From Tepidisphaeraceae bacterium (GTDB lineage Bacteria > Planctomycetota > Phycisphaerae > Tepidisphaerales > Tepidisphaeraceae): a stretch of DNA of 53,240 nucleotides. Each line of letters begins with the position of its first letter. Position 1 is the stretch's first letter. The notes under the pieces are model-generated. The model saw only the letters and a list, made by a program, of their open reading frames with translations. It had not been told where the DNA came from and made no database searches. The translations under genes and the position numbers were made by a program. The stretch covers positions 1-53,240 of the forward strand of contig JANWHF010000094.1 in the NCBI GenBank assembly GCA_025450555.1, written 5' to 3'. This document shows positions 9,848 to 17,915 of the stretch, one piece after another.

Positions 9848-10681
9848 ATGAAGACCAAAAAGGATGAAATGCTGGTGCGCGATCAGGCGGCCGAAAGCTG
9901 GCGGGTCTTTCGCATTATGTCGGAGTTCGTGGAAGGATTTGAAGTACTCGGTCGATTATCCAGGGCGGTTTCCATCTTCGGCAGCGCCCGCACGTCTCCC
10001 AATGATCCGATGTACAAAGCCGCGGAAACAACGGCGCGCCTGTTGGTCCGATCGAAATTCGCCGTCATCACGGGCGGGGGCCCTGGAATCATGGAAGCGG
10101 GGAACAAAGGCGCCTTCGAAGCCGGCGGCACTTCGATTGGACTCAATATTTCTCTTCCCCATGAACAGGAATCGAATCGCTATCAATCCGTCAGCCTGGA
10201 TTTTCACTATTTCTATGCGCGAAAAGTGATGTTCGTGAAATATGCGTCTGCCTTCATTTGCTTTCCTGGGGGCTATGGCACGCTCGATGAGCTTTTTGAA
10301 ACGCTTACGTTGGTTGAGACGCTGAAAATCGAGCCGTTTCCGATTCTGCTCTACAACTCCAGGTATTGGGGCGGCCTTCGGGATTGGATGAATGAGACGC
10401 TGGTTAAGTCGCATTGCATTGACCGGGAAGACCTAGACATTTTCCACCTTGTGGATACGCCGCAGGAAGCTGTAAAAGTGCTGACGCGAGGCGTTAAAAA
10501 ACATTGGTGGAAGCCGGCCGACAAGGTGCTCAAAGACGCCGTCGGAACCGCTGCCCATGCATCGCGCGCACCGATTGAAGGCGCGAGAGGAGCTGACACC
10601 GGCGAAGGCACGCGATATGGTCAGCGGCCCATCCGCACGTTCAAGGCCCATGCCAAGCCATCGCGCAAGCCGGAGCAGTAG
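9848..10681 (+). CDS. LOG family protein (cytokinin riboside 5'-monophosphate phosphoribohydrolase-like)
   Basis: 'VSIFGSARTS', 'VITGGGPGIMEAGNKGA' and 'FPGGYGTLDELFETLTL' (PGGxGTxxE). There is a 4-nt gap after the upstream gene. The C-terminal extension is basic. Confidence 0.85.
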   Translation: MKTKKDEMLVRDQAAESWRVFRIMSEFVEGFEVLGRLSRAVSIFGSARTSPNDPMYKAAETTARLLVRSKFAVITGGGPGIMEAGNKGAFEAGGTSIGLNISLPHEQESNRYQSVSLDFHYFYARKVMFVKYASAFICFPGGYGTLDELFETLTLVETLKIEPFPILLYNSRYWGGLRDWMNETLVKSHCIDREDLDIFHLVDTPQEAVKVLTRGVKKHWWKPADKVLKDAVGTAAHASRAPIEGARGADTGEGTRYGQRPIRTFKAHAKPSRKPEQ

Positions 10682-10851
10682 TGCCGCTGGCGGTGGAAAT
10701 CTGGCGATGGAAAACCGGCTGTGCGGCCTTTGCCAGATGCATCGGCGCGCCACCTTCGTTTGAACCTGTCTAGACGCAATTTTTATTGCCCCATATTCAT
10801 TGCGGGTCGGTATGATCCCGCCCCAATGGCTTTAATCAGGGGACAAAGTAA

Positions 10852-12939
10852 ATGAGTCCATTCAATTCAGGCGGGAATTCACGACGAAGACTGCTTGGTG
10901 CCGCGACCAGTGCCATGGAGATTCTTGAGTCCCGGCGGCTTCTCAGCGGCACTGTAGTTTCATCGCCTTTCCATGGCGTTCCTTTTACGCCTGGCCAGCT
11001 CATTCAGGCTGAAGATTTTGACTTGGGGGGCGAAGGTGTCGCTTATCACGACACGACGCCCGGCAACGCCGGCGGCAGCTATCGTCCGAGCGAGTCTGTC
11101 GATATCGAAGCTGGGGGAACCGGTTTGGTCGTCGGATCGACCATAAAGGGCGAATGGCTCAACTACACAGTATCAATCCCGTCGTCCAGCACTTACACCG
11201 TCGAAGCGCGCATTGCGATCCAATCAGCCGGCGCGGGCATCCATTTTTCGTTTGATGGATCAATCAGTTCACCGACGGTTGTCCTCCCGAACACCAAAGC
11301 CTGGGACCAATGGCAGACGATCACCAGCGCTCCAATGAATTTGTCAGCCGGCATCCACGTGCTGCATGTGTCGCTGGACAACAATGCCAACACGCTCAAG
11401 AGCACGGGCAATTACGATTGGTTTGAAGTCTCACCAACCGATGGCCCCTCCAGCTTTAACTGGACCCAGGGCGTCCAATCGCCCGCGCGTCGATTTGAAG
11501 GATATGGCCGAGTCGTCAACGGAAAGCTCTATGCCTTCGGCGGCTACACGTCGATTACGCCCTTTGGCGTTGGGAACACCGTTGACGGGTTCAATCCAAC
11601 CACAAACAAGTGGACCCACCTGGGCACCATGCCCGCAGCAGAAACGCACAGCGGCGTCGCCGTCGATGACTCGACGGGAGATATCTATTTCGTCGGCGGG
11701 CTGCGCGGAAATTACCCCGGCGTTGCTACAAGCGATGTCTATCGTTATGAGACCACCACAAATAGGTGGACGCAGCTTCCTTCGCTGCCTTTCGCCATGG
11801 CCGCGGGCAATGCGCAGATCGTTAATGGCGTGCTGCATTACTTCGGCGGAATTGAATCCAGCAGCCGGGATATCGATTACAGCAATCATTACGAGATTTC
11901 GCTCAGCGATCTGAATTCCGGCACCGGCCAATGGACGACTGCCGCTCCGATGCCCACGCCGCGCGATCATTTCACCAGTGCTGTCGTGAATGGAAAGATT
12001 TATCTCATGGGTGGCGAGATCGGTCATGATGCGCTGCACGAGCAGCAGTCGGAAACCGACGTATACGATCCAACGACCGATTCCTGGACCCGGCTGGCGG
12101 ACATGCCCGTCCCCAAATCTCACGACGAGTCGGGCACGTTTATTGTGAATGGCAAAATCGTCCTGGCCGGCGGGCAGGTGGATGATTTCCAATCCACCAA
12201 CAACATCTCAGAATATGACCCGGCGACAAACCAGTGGTATATCCTGGCACCACTGCCGAATACGCTTGCGGGCACGATTGCACAAAAGATCGGCAGCAAG
12301 TTTTACGTGATCAGCGGATATGACGGTCGGAGCGGCATCGCGACAATGCAAACCTTTGTTGGCAACTGGGCCGGCACGACCACTCCGCCCCCATCCAATC
12401 CGCCGCCGCCACCTCCTGTTATCAAGCCACCGCCTCCCCCGGTTCCAATCAGTACATCGCCTTCGCCATTTAAGTCGCCGTTTACAGTCGGCCAGACAAT
12501 TCAGGCCGAAGATTTTGATAACGGTGGCGAGGGCGTCGCTTATCACGATAACGATTCGGTCAACCACGGCGGATCTTCGTATCGTGCAGGCACGGGCGTT
12601 GACATTGAGCACGGCGGCACTGGACTTGATGTCGGATACATCGGCGCCGGTGAATGGCTCACTTATACGCTGGACATCGCACAAGCAGGCAACTACCGCA
12701 TTCAATCCTCGGTCTCCAACACTATGGCCGGCGGGGCATTTCATGTCGAATTCGCCGGGGTCAACAAAACCGGTTCGATTGCGGTTCCTAAAACTGCCGG
12801 CTGGAACTCCTACCAGACCGTTACGTCACAATCTTTCTCATTAACTGCCGGAACGATCGTCATGCGCGTCTATATGGATAAAGCCGCCGCGAATATGGCG
12901 GTGGGGAATTTCGATTGGCTTAAGCTCATTTCTGCATAA
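10852..12939 (+). CDS. secreted CBM6-like / six Kelch repeats / Pro-rich linker / CBM6-like protein
   Basis: N-terminus 'RRRLLGAATSAMEILESRRLLSG'. Two homologous modules are present: 'IQAEDFD.GGEGVAYHD...GEWL.YT'. The six Kelch-type 'VNGK.Y..GG' blades are VNGKLYAFGG, GDIYFVGG, VNGVLHYFGG, VNGKIYLMGG, VNGKIVLAGG and GSKFYVISG. The linker reads 'TTPPPSNPPPPPPVIKPPPPPVP'. Confidence 0.75.
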   Translation: MSPFNSGGNSRRRLLGAATSAMEILESRRLLSGTVVSSPFHGVPFTPGQLIQAEDFDLGGEGVAYHDTTPGNAGGSYRPSESVDIEAGGTGLVVGSTIKGEWLNYTVSIPSSSTYTVEARIAIQSAGAGIHFSFDGSISSPTVVLPNTKAWDQWQTITSAPMNLSAGIHVLHVSLDNNANTLKSTGNYDWFEVSPTDGPSSFNWTQGVQSPARRFEGYGRVVNGKLYAFGGYTSITPFGVGNTVDGFNPTTNKWTHLGTMPAAETHSGVAVDDSTGDIYFVGGLRGNYPGVATSDVYRYETTTNRWTQLPSLPFAMAAGNAQIVNGVLHYFGGIESSSRDIDYSNHYEISLSDLNSGTGQWTTAAPMPTPRDHFTSAVVNGKIYLMGGEIGHDALHEQQSETDVYDPTTDSWTRLADMPVPKSHDESGTFIVNGKIVLAGGQVDDFQSTNNISEYDPATNQWYILAPLPNTLAGTIAQKIGSKFYVISGYDGRSGIATMQTFVGNWAGTTTPPPSNPPPPPPVIKPPPPPVPISTSPSPFKSPFTVGQTIQAEDFDNGGEGVAYHDNDSVNHGGSSYRAGTGVDIEHGGTGLDVGYIGAGEWLTYTLDIAQAGNYRIQSSVSNTMAGGAFHVEFAGVNKTGSIAVPKTAGWNSYQTVTSQSFSLTAGTIVMRVYMDKAAANMAVGNFDWLKLISA

Positions 12940-13073
12940 TTGAAGCGGATTGTCTCTTATCTAGGATGATAAAAAGCGCCTGCGCAATGCTGGTGCAGCG
13001 GTCGTGGTGCAACCTTTTTGAATTCAAATACCTCCTGGACAAGTAACCTCTGATCGGAGCCGATGAGGGGGAC

Positions 13074-14618
13074 ATGCCAGGTTGTTTGATCGACCCGCAG
13101 AGAAGGAGCGCGCCCAGAGGATTCTGGCCGCTCGTCTGCATGCTGGCCGCGATGGCGGCGGTGAAGCCGCTGCTGTTCGACACGCTCGATCCCGATCTCT
13201 TCTGGCATATTCTCGTTGGCCAGCAACTAGCCCATGACGGGGTGGGGCCGCTGGTTGATGGCATTTCCTATGCCTCGATGCGCGATGCGTGGACCCCTTA
13301 CTCCTGGCTTGCCGAGATGGGGATGAATCTGCTGTGGCGAGCGGGGGGATTTCGAGCCGTTCTGGCGGCCCATGGAGCCCTCGCGGCCGGGGTTATACTT
13401 TTCACTGCTCTGGCGGCGATGCAGTGTACTCGCGCTTCACACTCAGGTCGATATGCTTCGGCTCTGATTGCCACCGGCGCTGCGATGATGCTTATTCTGC
13501 CTTGGTACGGCTTTCGACCCGCGGCAATGGCGATTTGTCTCCTGGCGGCTGTGCTGTATCTCCTGTATCGAGATCGCCAACTCGGGGAACGCTGGAAGGG
13601 CGTCTGGCTTGTTCCGCCACTGACGGCGCTAATCGTGAACCTCCATCTCTATGCACTGATGGCGCCGATTTGGGTTGGCGCTCTGATGGGAGGAGCGATC
13701 GTCGAGCGATTCGTGGCAGGCGATGAAGACGCGAAAAACGAATCGAGCCGGCGCGCCCGCCGATACCTGATCCTGCTTTTGTTGACGTTCCTGGGCTGCT
13801 GCTGCACTCCGATGCTTCGCGGATTTGTGCGGACGGCACTGTATTACCAGTTCGCCGATCCGATGGTGGCCAGTGCGCTGATTGTGGAAATGCAGCCGTT
13901 CTACGAAGGCAGCTTTGGAAAAATTGTTGTCCTTCTGCTGATTGTCGTGGCGCTGGTTTTAGCACAATTCCGGCGCCAAATTCGTGCGGGAGATTGGCTG
14001 GTGCTGGCGGCAGGAACAGCGCTGCTGGTTCAGCATGGTCGCTTTACACCGCTCTTTGGGTTGTGTCTCGTTCCGGCACTCGTATCAGCGGTGTCATCAG
14101 TTTCCGACCAGCGGCTCGATCTGCGCTTCCTGGCCACAGCGGGACGTCTGGGTGTCGCGTCGGCAGTCGTTGCTTTGCTTTTTGCATTTCCGCGAACAAG
14201 CGTGGGCCTCGACCAATGGGTCAACCGGCGTGGCCGCGCGACCGCCGGCTATCCGTGCAGCGCGGCTAATTACGCGGCGCGCAACATTACTCCCCGCACT
14301 GGCAAGATGATCAATGAGTTCACGTGGGGCGGCTATCTTGCATGGAGGCTGCACGATCATTTTCAAGTGCTGGTGGATGGCCGAACGCAGGTTTATTCAG
14401 GTCAGTTCTGGAACGCGACTTATCTGGGCGATGAGCATCGTCGCGAAAACTTTCTCGCAACGATTGACGCTGACATGGCAGTTCTGCCGGCGGAGAAAAG
14501 TCTCTTTCGAGCTTCGCTGGAACGGCTGCATTGGCGGCCGGTTTACTGCGACAGCAGGGCGGTGATCCTTCTACCGCCGGCCGTACGCAACGATACCGCC
14601 AGCTCTGGCACGAATTAG
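13074..14618 (+). CDS. polytopic membrane protein, possible GT-C-fold glycosyltransferase
   Basis: At least 10 predicted helices. An early-loop 'DPDLFWHILVGQQL' motif and a C-terminal soluble domain are present. It sits in an operon with a clearer GT-C gene. Confidence 0.4.
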   Translation: MPGCLIDPQRRSAPRGFWPLVCMLAAMAAVKPLLFDTLDPDLFWHILVGQQLAHDGVGPLVDGISYASMRDAWTPYSWLAEMGMNLLWRAGGFRAVLAAHGALAAGVILFTALAAMQCTRASHSGRYASALIATGAAMMLILPWYGFRPAAMAICLLAAVLYLLYRDRQLGERWKGVWLVPPLTALIVNLHLYALMAPIWVGALMGGAIVERFVAGDEDAKNESSRRARRYLILLLLTFLGCCCTPMLRGFVRTALYYQFADPMVASALIVEMQPFYEGSFGKIVVLLLIVVALVLAQFRRQIRAGDWLVLAAGTALLVQHGRFTPLFGLCLVPALVSAVSSVSDQRLDLRFLATAGRLGVASAVVALLFAFPRTSVGLDQWVNRRGRATAGYPCSAANYAARNITPRTGKMINEFTWGGYLAWRLHDHFQVLVDGRTQVYSGQFWNATYLGDEHRRENFLATIDADMAVLPAEKSLFRASLERLHWRPVYCDSRAVILLPPAVRNDTASSGTN

Positions 14619-14689
14619 CCAGTAACTCTCATTTTTGCTCCATTGGGCGGCCGGGGTTATACTCCGTCTTTCGCCTTTCAGGCCAGCTC

Positions 14690-16393
14690 ATGGATGTTTG
14701 TGACCCTGCTCACGCAAAGTCGACTCTTATCACGTCTCTCCCAGCCCAGGCAGGTGTCAGCGACTTCCCGCAGAAGCTATTGAACCTGATTGATGCGCGG
14801 CGGAGATGGTTTTTCGCCGCCATGCTGCTGTTATACGCCCTGGGCTTTAATGGCCAGTGGCGCATCGAGCGCGACAGCGCGCTGTATCTAACGATTGGGC
14901 GCAACATCTTTCACGGCCATGGCTACAGCTATCAGGGGCGTCACGAGAGCATGGCTTATCCCGGCCTGCCGTTCTTATTTGCAGGAACATCCAGGCTCTT
15001 TCGCACGGACGATGTCCTGCCCGATCTGGTGATCATGTTTCTGATTGGGTTTGCCTGCCTGGCTCTCACCTATCGCCTCTTTCTGTTGAGCGCCGGGAGG
15101 CCTACCGCAGTCCTCATGACCGTTGGGCTGGCTGCAAGCCGATTGTTTTACCGGTATTGCTTCGAACTGCTGACCGATCTTCCTTTCCTGTTAGGCGTTC
15201 TGGCATTTCTGGTGGGGTATGAGGCGGTGCTGATTGCGCCGTTTCGGTCGCGACAGAACGCAGAGAAGGAGCTACGCCGACCCGCATGGTTCGACTGGCC
15301 GCTGCTGATTGCAGGACTGATGATCTCAGTCGTGATGCGCCCGGCGATGTGGATCCTGGTCTTTGCAGTGATGGTAGCCACTGCATGGAACATCATCCGC
15401 CATGTTGGCCGCAACTGCGCTGTATGGCGACATCTTCTGCTTGTCTCATTGATCATTGCAGCCGGGGCAGTTTTCTTCTTTTCCGATCCCCGCCGCGGCA
15501 CTACAGGGGTCGTTAGCCAATACGAATACTATCTGCTCGAGAAATTCAGTCATCCGGGGCAGACGTTTCACGATTTGTTCATCGTCAACCTACCGGAATT
15601 ATGCGAATCGGCATTGGCAAAGGCGCTGTTCGGCTGTCCAATCATGCCGGGGTTTAACACGCTGGCGGCAATTCTCGTCGTCGCTTTAAGTTGCTGGCTT
15701 TTGTGGTATCGCACGCTTTGGGGTCTATTTTCGCTGGCGACGATCGGCACGCTTCTGATCTTCAAACCGCTCGACCGGTATATGCTTCCGGTGATTCCAC
15801 TGCTGATTTTTGCATGGTGGAATTTTTTGCTTTGGCTGCACAAACGATTGCCCGTTAAATGGGCCGACCTGGCCCTGCTGGCATTTCTGATTGCCGGCGT
15901 TAGCACCAATCTTGCGCGGCTCGGCCAGATGGTCGTCGAACAGCGACGGGTGCCGTTTCTGCTTCACTATCATGATGGCCGTTATGTGTCCCTTTATCAG
16001 CTTTGCGACATGGTGCGAAAATACACAAAACGCCGCGACCAGATTCTGGTCGGGCCGAAAGTTGCCAGAATCTTAACTTATGTCGGCCACAGGACAGCCC
16101 TGAGGGCCGGCAATGACGCGGCGGCCGATCCAGGCGTTCCGATTTATGCATTGATTGGCCCATCATGGGATGAAGATGGCAAGGGCAAGGTGAGCCTCCA
16201 TGAGGACACCATGGTGCCCACATGGGTAGCCGAGCATGGCTGCACGCTCGGCCCGCGGATAGGACCGGCCCTTCAGAACTCGCCGGAGCGATGTGCCTGG
16301 ACATTGCACCGCGTCATCATTGGATCGGCCAGCAAAATTACGCCACCGGCGCGGCCATCACGCCAAACGATTCAGGATGATGCGGATGATTGA
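14690..16393 (+). CDS. GT-C-fold membrane glycosyltransferase (ArnT/PMT family 39/83-like)
   Basis: First-loop motif 'ERDSALYLTIGRNIFHGHGYSYQG...AYPGLPFLF'. Many TM helices and a C-terminal periplasmic domain. Start is taken at ATG 14690 (MDVCDP...). Confidence 0.6.
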   Translation: MDVCDPAHAKSTLITSLPAQAGVSDFPQKLLNLIDARRRWFFAAMLLLYALGFNGQWRIERDSALYLTIGRNIFHGHGYSYQGRHESMAYPGLPFLFAGTSRLFRTDDVLPDLVIMFLIGFACLALTYRLFLLSAGRPTAVLMTVGLAASRLFYRYCFELLTDLPFLLGVLAFLVGYEAVLIAPFRSRQNAEKELRRPAWFDWPLLIAGLMISVVMRPAMWILVFAVMVATAWNIIRHVGRNCAVWRHLLLVSLIIAAGAVFFFSDPRRGTTGVVSQYEYYLLEKFSHPGQTFHDLFIVNLPELCESALAKALFGCPIMPGFNTLAAILVVALSCWLLWYRTLWGLFSLATIGTLLIFKPLDRYMLPVIPLLIFAWWNFLLWLHKRLPVKWADLALLAFLIAGVSTNLARLGQMVVEQRRVPFLLHYHDGRYVSLYQLCDMVRKYTKRRDQILVGPKVARILTYVGHRTALRAGNDAAADPGVPIYALIGPSWDEDGKGKVSLHEDTMVPTWVAEHGCTLGPRIGPALQNSPERCAWTLHRVIIGSASKITPPARPSRQTIQDDADD

Positions 16394-16395
16394 AA

Positions 16396-17892
16396 TCAGG
16401 ACCGGCTGATCTTGCCGAAGATCTCGGCAAAAGTCTGGAAGATGATCTGCATATCCAGCAGGAAGGATCGATGCTCCACGTACTCGATGTCGTACTTGAT
16501 CCATTCCTGAAAATCGTTGCCGGCACGGCGGGTGCGCTTCACCTGCCACAGGCCAGTGATGCCTGGACGTACGCTCAGACGTGCTTCGCGCCAAGGCGGG
16601 CAATACTGATTTTCGTGATGCGGACTTGGGCGCGGGCCGACGACCGACATATCGCCGATGAGCACGTTGATGAACTGAGGTAGCTCATCGAGGTTGTAAC
16701 GGCGAAGGACGCGGCCGACGCGCGTGAGCCGGGGATCATTTTCAATGAAGAACTGCGGGCCGTCGGCTTGATTCTGCTTGCGCAGCAGGTCCTTGAGCTT
16801 TTCAGCATCTTTCCGCATCGAGCGGAACTTAATACAGGGGAATTCTCGGCCGCCAAGCGTTTCACGCCGATGGAAGAAGAAAAAAGGGCCGCCATCTTCC
16901 AGCCAGATCGCCAGCATGATGAACGGATAGAGCCAAAACGTGCATGCGAGCGCCACAATGCTGAAGACGATGTCAAAGAAGCGCTTTGCCGCACGGCCGA
17001 TGATGCCGTCGCGTGCGGCACGATCGGGCTGCGGCGGCGGCGGGGTTGTCGGCTCAATCGTCAGCCACTCGATCGCCTCAATCGGCGGCCGAGCCGATGG
17101 GTCGTCCCAAATCACTGCCGGACCAATCACCGTGGACTTGGCTTCGACAGTACGGCCGGCTCCGACCCAGATAGCGCCGATGAACTTGGCACCAGACTCG
17201 ATTTTTGATTTCGGGTCCTGCCATACCGCTTCTCCGAATCGTTTGGCGCGAAGTACAGTAGAGTCGGGCCGCTTCCAGATCTGCACGAGATCTTGAACGA
17301 AATGCGAGACTTCACGTGCGCGGTTGCGATCATAGATCGCGCCTTCGGTCGATCGAGTTGCGCGATCGTGCTTTCGAATGAAACGGCGAAGTCGTCGCCA
17401 ACCGCTGAGCGGATCCGGCGCCGATTGCCAGAGTTTGGCGATTTCCCGATCCGGTGTGACTGCGACGCGCGTCAGCCGGCTCGAAGCATCGTAGAGGCGC
17501 TGGAATTTGACGAAACGATCGGCTGCATCGAGCACCGCGTTTTCGCGATAGCCTCGGTCACGGGCGTCGTGCAACCGTACGAAAAGCACTTGGGGCTTGA
17601 TCCAATTCAAAGCCTCCATCAACGGCCCAAGCTGAAACAGCGCGAAAGTGCCGGGATCGGTCAGGAGGTATAGCTCGGCATGTCCGACGATTTCGGAGGG
17701 CTCACCTTGTGCGACCACTTGAACGCCATGCGCCGCCCAGTAGCGATTGTGAAGTTGCTGCGGATCGAGACCCCATACGGTCCGCGCTGGAGCCACGTTC
17801 GACTCGGCGCTTTCAGTCGCGCCCGCGGAGGCAGGGCGATGCGCCCGATCATGGAGATCCGGAGCCGTGAGAATGGCGTCAGCAGTTGTCAT
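16396..17892 (-). CDS. polyprenyl-phosphate glycosylphosphotransferase (bacterial sugar transferase) with about 300-aa N-terminal soluble extension
   Basis: C-terminal 'KRFFDIVFSIVAL...PFFFFHRRETLGGREFPCIKFRSM...DPRLTRVGRVLRRYNLDELPQFINVLIGDMSVVGPRP' is the canonical Bac_transf domain. The N-terminal part is discussed in findings. Confidence 0.85.
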   Translation of the reverse strand: MTTADAILTAPDLHDRAHRPASAGATESAESNVAPARTVWGLDPQQLHNRYWAAHGVQVVAQGEPSEIVGHAELYLLTDPGTFALFQLGPLMEALNWIKPQVLFVRLHDARDRGYRENAVLDAADRFVKFQRLYDASSRLTRVAVTPDREIAKLWQSAPDPLSGWRRLRRFIRKHDRATRSTEGAIYDRNRAREVSHFVQDLVQIWKRPDSTVLRAKRFGEAVWQDPKSKIESGAKFIGAIWVGAGRTVEAKSTVIGPAVIWDDPSARPPIEAIEWLTIEPTTPPPPQPDRAARDGIIGRAAKRFFDIVFSIVALACTFWLYPFIMLAIWLEDGGPFFFFHRRETLGGREFPCIKFRSMRKDAEKLKDLLRKQNQADGPQFFIENDPRLTRVGRVLRRYNLDELPQFINVLIGDMSVVGPRPSPHHENQYCPPWREARLSVRPGITGLWQVKRTRRAGNDFQEWIKYDIEYVEHRSFLLDMQIIFQTFAEIFGKISRS

Positions 17893-17915
17893 TTTCTCCG
17901 CAAGAAAACGAAGTT

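Noticed and set aside
11575-11600. tRNA T-arm-like 'GGGTTCAATCC' string
   Set aside because: It lies inside the Kelch-repeat coding frame. There is no acceptor-stem complement or anticodon arm around it.
12370-12450. Possible tandem DNA repeat in the poly-Pro region (ccgccgccgccacctcct...)
   Set aside because: It is simple codon-level low complexity encoding the Pro-rich linker of the CBM6-Kelch protein. It is not an independent repeat element or a CRISPR-like array.
12990-13025. Intrinsic terminator after the CBM6-Kelch gene (GGTGCA...TGCAACC followed by TTTTTG)
   Set aside because: The stem has a mismatch and only about 5-6 pairs. It is plausible but too weak to list as a feature.
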